64,000 nucleotides of DNA from a virus, in IMG/VR virus record IMGVR_UViG_3300013126_000010, positions 1-64,000 of that record; one strand, written 5' to 3'. The notes below the pieces were generated by a model. That model worked only from the letters and a program-made list of their open reading frames with translations. It did no database searches and was not told where the DNA came from. Shown here in pieces: positions 8,651 through 17,900 of this stretch. The translations under genes were made by a program, and so were the position numbers. The stretch's first letter is position 1, and each line of letters opens with the position of its first letter.

Positions 8651-10498
8651 ATGGATTTCGTATATAGTGGGCAAATTAGAAAATATATTACCCAGGTTAC
8701 TAGGGTTTTATCAAATTTTTCTGTTAGACAAAATGATGGAACATTAATACCAATACCAGTAATATATGGTGATCCTGACCGACAAGCGGCAAGCATCATA
8801 AACCAAAATTCAGAAAATTCATTAAATTCTGCACCTAAAATTGCAGTATATATAACAGGATTAAATCTTGATCGTGATAGGCTAAGTGATGCAACTCATG
8901 TTAGTAAATTACACATGAGAGAACGCGCAATAGAAAATGGTGAATATACTAGTGCACAAGGTTCCAATTATACAGTAGAACGTTTGATGCCAACACCATT
9001 TATGTTGACCTTAAAAGCTGATATATGGTCATCTAGTGCTGATCAAAAATTACAAATAATTGAACAGATACTGATGTTTTTTAACCCTAGTTTAGAAATT
9101 CAAACTAGCGATAATTATATAGATTGGACATCAATCACTGTGTTGGATTTAGATGATATTTCATGGTCTTCACGAAGTGTCCCAGTAGGCACAAATACGT
9201 CTATTGATATTGCAACATTGACATTCAAAACACCAATATGGATAAGCCCTCCAGTAAAGGTTAAAAAGATGGGGGTTATTACTAGTGTATTTACAAATAT
9301 ATATGACAGTATTGATGAAGGTACTGGTAGTTATATAGATGGATTAGGTCACACTATAGGTGAAACTAATCCATACCCTGCTAACAATCCAATAGTATCT
9401 CAAGCAGAAACTATTGGTAATTATGATATAGTAGTGGCAGGTAAAAGTGTTTTAGCAATTAGTCATACACAAGATCAATCATATGTGTCATGGTATCATA
9501 TTATTGAACAAATAAAAGGTAATTATACTGCTGGTTTGGCACGAATATATTTAATGCAACCATCTGGTACCGAAGTTGTTGGATATGGTTCAATTAATAT
9601 TTTAGATGAAACCATAATGTCTATTAGTGAATGGGACCCAGATACTTATCCAGCTAACACTGCTATTTCAGGACCATCCAGAGTTAATACATCATGGGGG
9701 AGCTTTGATGCAGTAATTAATCCATTAACATTTAGACCGCAGAATGTAATTCCAGGAACTCGATATTTATTAGTTGATGGTATTGGTGGTGGAATTCATG
9801 ATACATTTATTGTAGAAAATACTGTTTTAAATAGATTAGAAATTCCAACTGCATTTACTAAAGTGAATTTTTATACATTTAAAGTTGATGGTGTCGAAGT
9901 ACCGTCACATCCATTACCAAATCCAGTATACACAAATATGCCAACTGTTAATATATCCGGTAATGGTATTAATGCTCGTGTAACTGTTACTACTGTTCTA
10001 ACATCCGGTACATATTTGGCATCATTGACAAATATTGGTACTGGTTATTCTATTGGGAATAAAATTAAAGTTAGAGGAAATTTACTAGGTGGTTCAATAG
10101 TAGAACATGATTGTGTATTGACCGTATTATCAATTGATACAAATGGTGGAATAGTAGATTTTCGCATCAACGGGTCATCAGTGCCAGTTAATTGCACTAT
10201 CATCCCAGATGTACCAGTTCCAATTGGAAGTACTGTTTCTTATGAAGTGTTTGTTAACGAAGATGGGCCTGATGCGTGGAAAAATGCAGATGGTTCAGAT
10301 TTTATATCAAATGCTAATGATATAATTGAATGGGATGGTAGTAATTGGGTTAGAGTATTTGATTCTATAGAAGTAACTGATCTAGTATATCAAACAAACC
10401 TTCACACATTAGCACAATATAAATGGGCTAATGGTGAATGGATTAAATCGTTTGAAGGTGAGTATAAACGTGGTAAATGGAGAATCGTTTTATCTTAA
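8651..10498 (+). CDS. gp15: Tail terminator / sheath stabilizer (T4 gp15-like) with a long C-terminal extension
   Basis: YSGQIRKYITQ...IPVIYGDP...VERLMPTPF...KLQIIEQILMFFNPS...TLTFKTPIWISPP. Confidence 0.85.
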   Translation: MDFVYSGQIRKYITQVTRVLSNFSVRQNDGTLIPIPVIYGDPDRQAASIINQNSENSLNSAPKIAVYITGLNLDRDRLSDATHVSKLHMRERAIENGEYTSAQGSNYTVERLMPTPFMLTLKADIWSSSADQKLQIIEQILMFFNPSLEIQTSDNYIDWTSITVLDLDDISWSSRSVPVGTNTSIDIATLTFKTPIWISPPVKVKKMGVITSVFTNIYDSIDEGTGSYIDGLGHTIGETNPYPANNPIVSQAETIGNYDIVVAGKSVLAISHTQDQSYVSWYHIIEQIKGNYTAGLARIYLMQPSGTEVVGYGSINILDETIMSISEWDPDTYPANTAISGPSRVNTSWGSFDAVINPLTFRPQNVIPGTRYLLVDGIGGGIHDTFIVENTVLNRLEIPTAFTKVNFYTFKVDGVEVPSHPLPNPVYTNMPTVNISGNGINARVTVTTVLTSGTYLASLTNIGTGYSIGNKIKVRGNLLGGSIVEHDCVLTVLSIDTNGGIVDFRINGSSVPVNCTIIPDVPVPIGSTVSYEVFVNEDGPDAWKNADGSDFISNANDIIEWDGSNWVRVFDSIEVTDLVYQTNLHTLAQYKWANGEWIKSFEGEYKRGKWRIVLS

Positions 10499-11658
10499 AA
10501 CAACCCACCATTTATTTCTGAACTAGGTGGTACTTCCGATGCTCCAAAAGTGCCACCATCGATAACATTTAGTATCAATTGCATTGGTTGCCAAATGGAA
10601 CCATCATATCCTTCCCAGATCATTAATGTGGTGTTGAACCTAAAATAACCAGCTACTGCAGGAACATCACGTTGTGCTGTAGTACCAGATGGAGTTATCA
10701 ATGAACCTGTTGGTGAGGTTATAATAGAACTAATATTACCAAGTTCATTCCATTGCACACCATCATAAACTTCAAGATGCCCAAGTGTCGAATTAAACCT
10801 AACATATCCAACTACTGGCACAGAATCACGCTGTGCTGTAGTACCAACCGGTGTAATCAACGATTTTGTATTACCAGTTACTATACCAAAATTTATTTTA
10901 CTTTGTAATATAGAAGACGGTGAACCAGTAATTTGATTGGTTACATTTATGGTTCCAACATCAATACTTGTTGAATGCAGATCAGTAGTGACTACCGTTG
11001 GACTATTAATTGTTAGCGTACCAGATGCCGATCCTATTGAAAATGTAGTAGCATTAGGTAAAATAGAATTAACAGTTAATACAGTAGTATTGTCAATTTT
11101 ATAAGTTTTACCAGATGCTATATTCCAGTTAGAACCAGAAGTCCAGTTATCACTACCATTGTTATTCCATGTAATAGTTTTATCAGTTGCACCTTTAAGT
11201 GTGATACCACCGCCATCAGCGGTAATATCAGTCGGTGATGGTCTACTACCTAATTCTAGATTTCCATCATCAACAGTTAGGGTGGTTGAATTAATAGTAG
11301 TTAATGTACCTTCTACTGTCAAGTTTCCAATAATAGATACATCATGATTTACTGTTAAGTTATTATCAACTATTATGCTTCCATATAAGTTAACAGTAGA
11401 TGATGCTTGTGCTATATTTACGGTTTGTGCATTACCAAAAGCATGAATTTCAGTTGGTGTATCATTGAACAAATATGCAATAGTATTCGAAGTATCTAGT
11501 TTCGATTCATTAATACCACCTATAATAACATGCGGAGATTTTAAATATATATCCCCACTACCAGCTATATTATCCAACGTGGTCAAGTTAAGTGAACCAG
11601 CTGGATCTCTAAGGCTTACAGTATAATTGCCATCATTAATGCGTATTATTTTGGACAT
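10495..11658 (-). CDS. Virion structural / fibre-like protein
   Basis: GNLTVEGTLTTINST...ADGGGITLKG beta-repeat fibre motifs; tandem PxGTTAQR...GY.RFN.T....E.YDG..W repeat. Confidence 0.65.
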   Translation of the reverse strand: MSKIIRINDGNYTVSLRDPAGSLNLTTLDNIAGSGDIYLKSPHVIIGGINESKLDTSNTIAYLFNDTPTEIHAFGNAQTVNIAQASSTVNLYGSIIVDNNLTVNHDVSIIGNLTVEGTLTTINSTTLTVDDGNLELGSRPSPTDITADGGGITLKGATDKTITWNNNGSDNWTSGSNWNIASGKTYKIDNTTVLTVNSILPNATTFSIGSASGTLTINSPTVVTTDLHSTSIDVGTINVTNQITGSPSSILQSKINFGIVTGNTKSLITPVGTTAQRDSVPVVGYVRFNSTLGHLEVYDGVQWNELGNISSIITSPTGSLITPSGTTAQRDVPAVAGYFRFNTTLMIWEGYDGSIWQPMQLILNVIDGGTFGASEVPPSSEINGGLF

Positions 11659-11670
11659 AAAATTCCAGAA

Positions 11671-12051
11671 TTAGATTGCTGACAAGATAATCAATGTTTC
11701 TGTTGAATCGTCTTGTAATGTCCAAGTATATTTGTGTCCAGTGAAATCAACTGCGTGATGTCTGGTTAATTTTTTTATAGCTACCGGACCTGTGCCAATG
11801 ATGATACCAACCAATGCGCCTTCACCAGCTAGTACACCAGTAGTTTTATCTACTAAAGTTACATTTCCAGATTGTGTTTGATCAATGCTTTCTACTTTAA
11901 ATTTTCTAGTAGCACGTTGTTTTAGAATGTATCCGTTGAATTGTCCTGCACCAACATTTGCAATAATTGGTAATGTGTTTCCTGTGTTTAAACCAGTTCC
12001 GGTACCTAAACCTACTTGTCCAAACCATTTTTTGTTAATCGGTCTTCCCAT
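11671..12051 (-). CDS. Small late (probably virion) protein, MGRP-type
   Basis: MGRPINKKWFG...YILKQRATRKFKV; AGGAG RBS; late promoter upstream. Confidence 0.6.
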   Translation of the reverse strand: MGRPINKKWFGQVGLGTGTGLNTGNTLPIIANVGAGQFNGYILKQRATRKFKVESIDQTQSGNVTLVDKTTGVLAGEGALVGIIIGTGPVAIKKLTRHHAVDFTGHKYTWTLQDDSTETLIILSAI

Positions 12052-12115
12052 TTATTTTCTCCTATAATGAGTGTTCTATACTCTACGTGGTGGGTACCAC
12101 ATAAATCTGTAGACA

Positions 12116-12877
12116 TTAGTATTTATCTTTTTGTTTACAATTGTTATTATGGTATCGTTCATAAGCATTCATCGCTATTTCTTTACCACAATAAATGCAC
12201 AATTTAGTTGGGCATTTTCTTCCGCGTTGTGATTCTGCACGTTTTGCAACCATTTCTGGATCTTGTTTTCTTCCTATGGCTTTTTCTCGTATTTTATTTT
12301 TAGTTTCAGTGGATTGTTTTTTACCATACATATGGTTTTTTTCACCAGTTCGTGATTTTGATAAATTTTCTTTCCATTCGTCTGAAAATGGTTTTCGTAT
12401 TCTACCAATCATAGCTTGTTTCTGATTTATGTTTTCCTGTAACGGTTGAATTCGTCCTGTATTAGCAATCTTTATTTTAGCAATAGCTTCAGTGGTTTGC
12501 TTTTTACCATACATTGGGTTGTTAACTCCTGAAACCTTAGCGCTTTGTAATACGGAATATTCTGACTTAATTTTTTCATATACCTTACTAGTGATTTTGG
12601 TGTTATATCTATGTTGTGATTTATTATCAGCTCTCATGATTCTCATTGCATTGATCATTTTATAATATGCAATTGGGTCATTTTTGTGTATTTTGGTTAA
12701 TAACCAATGGCATATAAAATGCTCTCTAGCTGTTAGTCGCACCAAGTTTTCTTTTTTATTAGTACCTCCAAGGCTTTTTGGAATTATGTGATGTACTTCT
12801 ACATACGTTCCATCAATGAGTGTTCTGTTTTTGGCAGCTTCTGTAATCTGTTCATACCATATACTATATTTTGACAT
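12116..12877 (-). CDS. Free-standing HNH homing endonuclease with NUMOD3 repeats and a C-terminal Zn ribbon
   Basis: EVHHIIPKSLGGTNKKENLVRLTAREHFICHWLL; NPMYGKKQT / NHMYGKKQSTETK; CIYC..YHNNNC. Start moved to 12877 (MSKYSIWY) because ATG 12919 lies inside the promoter spacer. Confidence 0.88.
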   Translation of the reverse strand: MSKYSIWYEQITEAAKNRTLIDGTYVEVHHIIPKSLGGTNKKENLVRLTAREHFICHWLLTKIHKNDPIAYYKMINAMRIMRADNKSQHRYNTKITSKVYEKIKSEYSVLQSAKVSGVNNPMYGKKQTTEAIAKIKIANTGRIQPLQENINQKQAMIGRIRKPFSDEWKENLSKSRTGEKNHMYGKKQSTETKNKIREKAIGRKQDPEMVAKRAESQRGRKCPTKLCIYCGKEIAMNAYERYHNNNCKQKDKY

Positions 12878-12907
12878 TGTGTTATTCGATTTTATTGTTA
12901 AAATTAA

Positions 12908-12936
12908 ATTATATCTCATTGTATAAAAATAAGCAA
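12908..12936 (-). promoter_or_regulatory. Sigma70-type promoter for the HNH endonuclease
   Basis: TTGCTT-N17-TATAAT immediately after the capsid terminator. Confidence 0.7.
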
Positions 12937-12943
12937 CAATAAA

Positions 12944-12963
12944 AAACCCGCCGAAGCGGGTTT
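12944..12963 (-). terminator. Intrinsic terminator of the major capsid gene
   Basis: Minus strand aaacccgc-TTCG-gcgggttt followed by further T's; UUCG tetraloop. Confidence 0.92.
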
Positions 12964-12989
12964 CTTTGTTAAATATTGAAAATAACTTA

Positions 12990-14162
12990 TTAGCTGAATA
13001 CTGCGTTAGAAATAGATACAGTGCCTAGATAATCTTTTGCATTGCCTAAACTCGAACTTGCATTCGAAAGTTCAACATAACCATATCTGGTAAGGAAACT
13101 TACGACTGGTTCGAAGGTCGTTGGGTCGAGTACAACACCAGAACTCATCAATGGAATATATGGGCAATAGATTGCAGCCGCATCAGATTCTGATGGACCT
13201 TTATAACCAATGATAACTGTATCATCTTGAGCATATGTGTTTACATATACTTTCATTGCATTATTCAAAGTACCAACAAATTTAGTATTGGTTGGAGCTT
13301 CAAAAGTACCTTCTGTAGTACGTGCGAAAGCAGAGGTAGTAGCAGATTGTAGAATGGTTAGAGCAGTTGGTGAAACAACAGCCCAGTTACCAGCACCACG
13401 ACGAGTACGTTGTGCAATGGTGTTAGCAGCACGGTTGATCAGAATAGCTAAAGCCGCATGTTCATCACCAACGAATGTAGCAGTACCAGACACGTTTGCT
13501 TGGTCGAAAGTCAAGTTGTTGCCATTGTTTGAACCTAATACTTTCAATGATAACAAAATTTCTTGGTCGATTTCAGCAGTAATTTCTTGTGCCAATGCAG
13601 CCATAATTTCTGCTTCGATGTCAATACCTTGTTGAGATTGTGCATCTTGTGCAGCTTCAAATGTCCAACGAGCACTCAATTTACGAGTTTTCGCTTCAAC
13701 AGTTTGTTTTAAGATTTGGATGCTTAATCTTTTACCAGCTAAACCTTCTAATGCTGCAGTAGATGCTGCACCAAAAGAACCAGCTTGACCAGAAGAATAG
13801 CCTTCTGCGATTTTGAATGGGCTTAGAGCTTCTTCACCAGCGGTTGCACCGTATTGACCTGAAACGCTATCAGCATAGCGAACACGCAATGTGTTTACTT
13901 GACCAACAGGACCTGTCATTGGTTGTACACCTACCAATTCGTTAGCAATAACGGTTGGCATTACACGACGAATAACTGGTAGAATTACACGGTTAAGTGT
14001 AGCAACATTACCTGCAGAAGTTGCACCAACGGTTGCACTTTCAGTTAAGTATTTTCTGGTATTTTCTAAAGTAACGTCTAGAACAGATTTTTTATTACCT
14101 TGCAAACCTTCAGTTAAAGCTGCTTTGGTATCTGTCCAACGACTTGTTAATAGTTCTGACAT
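12990..14162 (-). CDS. gp23: Major capsid protein (T4 gp23-like)
   Basis: VIRRVMPTVIANELVGVQPMTGPVG...VEAKTRKLSARWTFEAAQD...EIDQEI...YCPYIPL...TFEPVVSFLTRYG. Confidence 0.97.
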   Translation of the reverse strand: MSELLTSRWTDTKAALTEGLQGNKKSVLDVTLENTRKYLTESATVGATSAGNVATLNRVILPVIRRVMPTVIANELVGVQPMTGPVGQVNTLRVRYADSVSGQYGATAGEEALSPFKIAEGYSSGQAGSFGAASTAALEGLAGKRLSIQILKQTVEAKTRKLSARWTFEAAQDAQSQQGIDIEAEIMAALAQEITAEIDQEILLSLKVLGSNNGNNLTFDQANVSGTATFVGDEHAALAILINRAANTIAQRTRRGAGNWAVVSPTALTILQSATTSAFARTTEGTFEAPTNTKFVGTLNNAMKVYVNTYAQDDTVIIGYKGPSESDAAAIYCPYIPLMSSGVVLDPTTFEPVVSFLTRYGYVELSNASSSLGNAKDYLGTVSISNAVFS

Positions 14163-14189
14163 TATATTTTCTCCTAATGAATTTAAGTT

Positions 14190-15287
14190 TTAATTTTTAT
14201 ATCCAGCAAGCCGACGAATGTCAATTATATTTGCATCGGACTCTCTGCCAATTGAGCTGTTAACTTTGTTACCTGTTACTTCAGTAGACTCGTTCAAAGT
14301 TTGTTTTTGAGGTTGTTTACTAGGAGTACCAGAAATTACAGCAGGTAAGTACTTTTCAAAACTAGAGCGTAATTTTGAAGTTTGTACACTTTCAAGTAAA
14401 TTTGTCATGATTTCCTTATTGTCTTTTGACAAAGGATTTAATAATTCATGCATAATTGCTTGACGTTGTGTAGATTCTTGTAAGGTTTTTACTTGAGAAT
14501 CTTTTGATTCGATAATTACTAATGCATCTTTTACTTTTTCTTTTGCTTCCATAATTTCTTTATTTTTACGATCAATGATCGTTAATAATTTGGAAGTTTC
14601 GGATTTTTCATTTAAGTAACTAGTTTGATATTCACTAGCAAATGCTTCGAATAATTTTCTACCGAATTCATATTTACGTGCATTTTCGATATCTTCTTTT
14701 AGTTGAGTCATTTCAGCTTTTAGCGATGTCTCGACGGTAGATTCGACCAGTTTTGCAGCACGTTTAATAAATTGTTCTTTCATAGTTGCAAGGGCTTGTT
14801 TTCCTTCACGGACCAATCTAACTTTGGTGTTAGCTACATCTTGTTTATCGGTGTAGAATTCCGCAATTTCTTGTGCCAATGCTTCCATTACAAATTCTTC
14901 TAATTTTCCAAAATTAGAAGTCATTAATTTATGATCTTCACGCAATTCTTTAACTTCAGAAGATAGCTGACGAGTAATGAATTCTTTCATTAAATCAGAA
15001 TCTTTTTTCATTTTAATTGCATACTTAGCTTTTTGTTCAGCTAATTGTTTTCGATCATCTATAAATTGGGCAATTTCTTCTTTAAGATGGTCTGACAACA
15101 TTCTGTCAACAGCTTCTACGATCAATGATTTATCATGTTCATAACGCTGTGCAAATTCTTCACGTAATTGTTTTGTTACTGATTCTTTATTTTCAGTTAC
15201 TTTACTATTCCATGCTTGTTCAATATCAGATTGAATCTCTTCAGAAATACCCGCTGTTTCAAATAGTGATTTCAACACATCTATCAT
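14190..15287 (-). CDS. Prohead core scaffold protein (T4 gp22-like)
   Basis: Coiled-coil, E/K rich, between protease and capsid genes, many (I/L)xE sites, ends IRRLAG. Confidence 0.8.
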   Translation of the reverse strand: MIDVLKSLFETAGISEEIQSDIEQAWNSKVTENKESVTKQLREEFAQRYEHDKSLIVEAVDRMLSDHLKEEIAQFIDDRKQLAEQKAKYAIKMKKDSDLMKEFITRQLSSEVKELREDHKLMTSNFGKLEEFVMEALAQEIAEFYTDKQDVANTKVRLVREGKQALATMKEQFIKRAAKLVESTVETSLKAEMTQLKEDIENARKYEFGRKLFEAFASEYQTSYLNEKSETSKLLTIIDRKNKEIMEAKEKVKDALVIIESKDSQVKTLQESTQRQAIMHELLNPLSKDNKEIMTNLLESVQTSKLRSSFEKYLPAVISGTPSKQPQKQTLNESTEVTGNKVNSSIGRESDANIIDIRRLAGYKN

Positions 15288-15354
15288 TTTTCTCTCCTAT
15301 GAGTAATTGGAGCAGTTCTGTTAAAAACGAAACCAGTGGTATTCCAATCAATAA

Positions 15355-15362
15355 TATTTATA
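15355..15362 (-). promoter_or_regulatory. Late promoter TATAAATA for scaffold-capsid
   Basis: Exact T4 late consensus ~70 nt upstream of the scaffold ATG. Confidence 0.7.
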
Positions 15363-15430
15363 TATAATTGATTATATTGCGTAATTATTGTCATAATTTT
15401 GCAATTTTTTGTATTTTCTGCCATTATTGG

Positions 15431-16081
15431 TTATTTTAATTTGTTTATAATACCCAACAAACTTTGTTTTAAGAATCTCTGTGCTTGTGGGTCACCAGTT
15501 AATTCTTTTGACATTAGTAATGTTTTATATCCACCTTTATTATTCATAAGGTGTTCATAAATTGGTTCTGGGTAAGCTGAAGGAGCACTAGGTTGTGCAA
15601 CTATATCAACCGTGATAATTTCAAAATCCGAAACTTCTCCAGAACCGTCTTCTTTTACATTCCCAGAACCTCTAGAACTAACCCCGATTTTAATACCGGA
15701 TTCTAATAATGTTTTGGCAATATTTCCTAATGGTGTTGGCAATATTTTCAATTTTCCATATCCATCAGCACCATTCATCCAAACTTCGGTGATGGCATGA
15801 CTGACACGATCTAAATTAATATTTAAATCATTTGGGTGATTTAACTCACCCAGGATTGAATAATCGTTTTTTAATTGGTCTTGCATTGTTCTAATTGCAC
15901 GGTCAATTTCTCTAACAGGATATACACGTTGATTTTGATTTCGAATACCACCTTGAATAATGATTCCTTTCATGTATAATGATTTACCAGCTGGTCTACC
16001 ATCAGTATCATATTCATCATTAGATTCAACTATTGATCTAGAAATAGAAGGTGCCATGTATTCATATAATTCTTTTCTCAC
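15431..16081 (-). CDS. gp21: Prohead maturation protease (T4 gp21-like), TTG start
   Basis: NQNQRVYP...LGELNHP...RVSHAI...GKLKILPTPLG...GVSSRGSG...DIVAQPSAPSAYP; AGGAG upstream of the TTG. Confidence 0.95.
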   Translation of the reverse strand: MRKELYEYMAPSISRSIVESNDEYDTDGRPAGKSLYMKGIIIQGGIRNQNQRVYPVREIDRAIRTMQDQLKNDYSILGELNHPNDLNINLDRVSHAITEVWMNGADGYGKLKILPTPLGNIAKTLLESGIKIGVSSRGSGNVKEDGSGEVSDFEIITVDIVAQPSAPSAYPEPIYEHLMNNKGGYKTLLMSKELTGDPQAQRFLKQSLLGIINKLK

Positions 16082-16109
16082 AAGTTTCTCCTAGATAATT
16101 GATTTACAA

Positions 16110-16967
16110 TTATTTTTTACCACCAATTATACTTTTGGTGTTTTGACCATTTTCACCAGTACCTTTTTTCTCGGCACCATGTCCTGGTTCTTTTTTCTTG
16201 AATGCAGTTTTACCAGCATTTCCACCTGGAACGTTGACATTACCGAAATTTTCTTCTTTAGTAGAAGGTTTCAATAGTCCACCTTGTGTTCCACCGGTTT
16301 TAGTGTCACCACCTTGGTCGAATTTTACTGGTTTACCATGGTCACCAATTTTATTTGGTTTAGCTAATACGCTTTTATTATTTTGACCATCGTCACCACC
16401 TTTAGCGAATGCATTGTAGGTTTTACCACCAACTTGTTCGACATATTCGCGCATGAAGCTGTCTTTTAATTCATCTTCTTCACCTTCGTCACCAAATGCT
16501 GGTTCACCACCAAAATCATCTTCGCCTTCGTCACCGAAACCTTCTTCACCTTCATCACCGAAACCACCTAATTCATGGTCTTCACCTGATTCTTGTCCTA
16601 AAAGGTCTTCGAATTCTGCACGTAATTCATCTAACGCATCTTCCAAATCAACGATACGGTCTTCTAGATCTTCTGGTTCACCTTCTTCATCACCAAATTC
16701 TCCTTCTTCACCTTCTTCGCCATCAGCTGATACATCATCAATAAAATCGTCAGTTTCATCACCACCAATGTCGCCATCTTCTGCACCGAAATCTTCTTCA
16801 CCATCTTCGTCTTCGCCTTCGTACATACCGAAGTCTTCCGCTAATATGTTTCCATAGATTTCACGAGACTTTTCAACAACTAATTGGTGAAAAATTTCTC
16901 TTGCTTTATCACTGTCTTCATTGATAAGATGTTCTAACATCTGTTCAAATTTTGATCTGTCGGTCAT
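16110..16967 (-). CDS. Highly acidic prohead core / internal protein
   Basis: Long D/E/G low-complexity centre (FGDEGEE repeats), basic G/K tail, head operon position, AGGAG RBS. Confidence 0.7.
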   Translation of the reverse strand: MTDRSKFEQMLEHLINEDSDKAREIFHQLVVEKSREIYGNILAEDFGMYEGEDEDGEEDFGAEDGDIGGDETDDFIDDVSADGEEGEEGEFGDEEGEPEDLEDRIVDLEDALDELRAEFEDLLGQESGEDHELGGFGDEGEEGFGDEGEDDFGGEPAFGDEGEEDELKDSFMREYVEQVGGKTYNAFAKGGDDGQNNKSVLAKPNKIGDHGKPVKFDQGGDTKTGGTQGGLLKPSTKEENFGNVNVPGGNAGKTAFKKKEPGHGAEKKGTGENGQNTKSIIGGKK

Positions 16968-17014
16968 TTTAATCTCCTATAATCTGGACTTTCATCAACT
17001 ATTTACCAATATAA

Positions 17015-17049
17015 AACCAAAATATAGGCAAAATACCTATATTTTGGTT
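17015..17049. terminator. Long hairpin, probable terminator before the late promoter GTAAATA (17000-17006, minus)
   Basis: aaccaaaatatagg-caaaata-cctatattttggtt, 14-bp perfect stem with T-rich flanks on both strands. Confidence 0.65.
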
Positions 17050-17055
17050 ATTTTT

Positions 17056-17634
17056 TCACAAAAATATATTTATGTGTTTTAAAAATTCACTTTTTTGAAT
17101 ATTTTTAAAATTGGGTTGATTCCATTTTGTATCATAAAATAATTCATCAACCACTCTAAAGAATTTTATGTATGGGTGGGTTTTTATAACTATTTCCGTT
17201 TGTTTTTCCCAGTTACCCCAATAGGTTTGTGTGTCACTAGCCGAACTGTAATTATTTGTATCTGCATAGATGTTATTAAACTTACCATCAACTCCGGTAA
17301 AATCAAATCCTAAAATATATATCTCATCAGGACAGTGTGATGCTGCCAATTTTAAAGCACATGGACCAGAACTCCATCCCATTCTTGGATTAAAATAGTT
17401 AAATCCATTATCATATCTGACATGAGGATCTATATTTGTCCATACTTCATGGGATTCTTGATACTTAGTATTTTGAATCTCAAGTATCATTTTTCGATCA
17501 ACAGCTATTAAATAATCTGGGTTAAATTCTCTATATAATGCATTACATCCATATACTTTCCCACATGGTTGTAATATGGATGGGTTAATGGATTTTCTAC
17601 TTAACCCATTACCCAATACAAAGCTTCGTATCAT
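17056..17634 (-). CDS. Maf/DUF115/CstII(GT42)-like glycosyltransferase-fold protein
   Basis: FVLGNGLSR, VYGCNALYR, DYLIAVD, GWSSG, IYILGFDF resemble the GNGPS / CN / SG / GxDF motifs of this fold. Confidence 0.55.
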   Translation of the reverse strand: MIRSFVLGNGLSRKSINPSILQPCGKVYGCNALYREFNPDYLIAVDRKMILEIQNTKYQESHEVWTNIDPHVRYDNGFNYFNPRMGWSSGPCALKLAASHCPDEIYILGFDFTGVDGKFNNIYADTNNYSSASDTQTYWGNWEKQTEIVIKTHPYIKFFRVVDELFYDTKWNQPNFKNIQKSEFLKHINIFL

Positions 17635-17648
17635 ATTATGTTTAATTA

Positions 17649-17897
17649 TTAAACACCTGGACCAGCTGGTTGCTCTGGTGTTTTATACATAGTTTGAATG
17701 AAGTCTAGTTCGACATCCTGTTCTAAAACATGCATATCAGATGATTTTCGTAATTGATTTAATTGTTTTAATGTTAATGTTGTTTTTCTAGTATCAGATC
17801 TTTTTCTCATTGATATATCATTTTCATTTGAATATCTCATATCATTGGATATAGCCTGAGTATCTGGGTCTGTGTAAAATAATTCACGTAATATCAT
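17649..17897 (-). CDS. Small protein downstream of portal (hypothetical)
   Basis: MILRELF...RKTTLTLKQLNQLRK; co-oriented with and abutting the portal gene. Confidence 0.7.
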   Translation of the reverse strand: MILRELFYTDPDTQAISNDMRYSNENDISMRKRSDTRKTTLTLKQLNQLRKSSDMHVLEQDVELDFIQTMYKTPEQPAGPGV

Positions 17898-17900
17898 ATA

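Noticed and set aside
12878-12919. ORF-track start of the HNH gene at 12919
   Set aside because: This ATG lies within the -35/-10 spacer of the sigma70-type promoter; 12877 is preferred
15284-15424. 46-codon minus-strand ORF between protease and scaffold genes
   Set aside because: No SD, and it contains the TATAAATA late promoter; the gap is better explained as promoter plus leader, although TGA/ATG coupling leaves a small chance it is real
16480-16820. Repetitive ttcaccttcgtcacc-type sequence suggesting an array
   Set aside because: It encodes the D/E/G low-complexity tract of the acidic core protein; there are no fixed-length repeats with unique spacers
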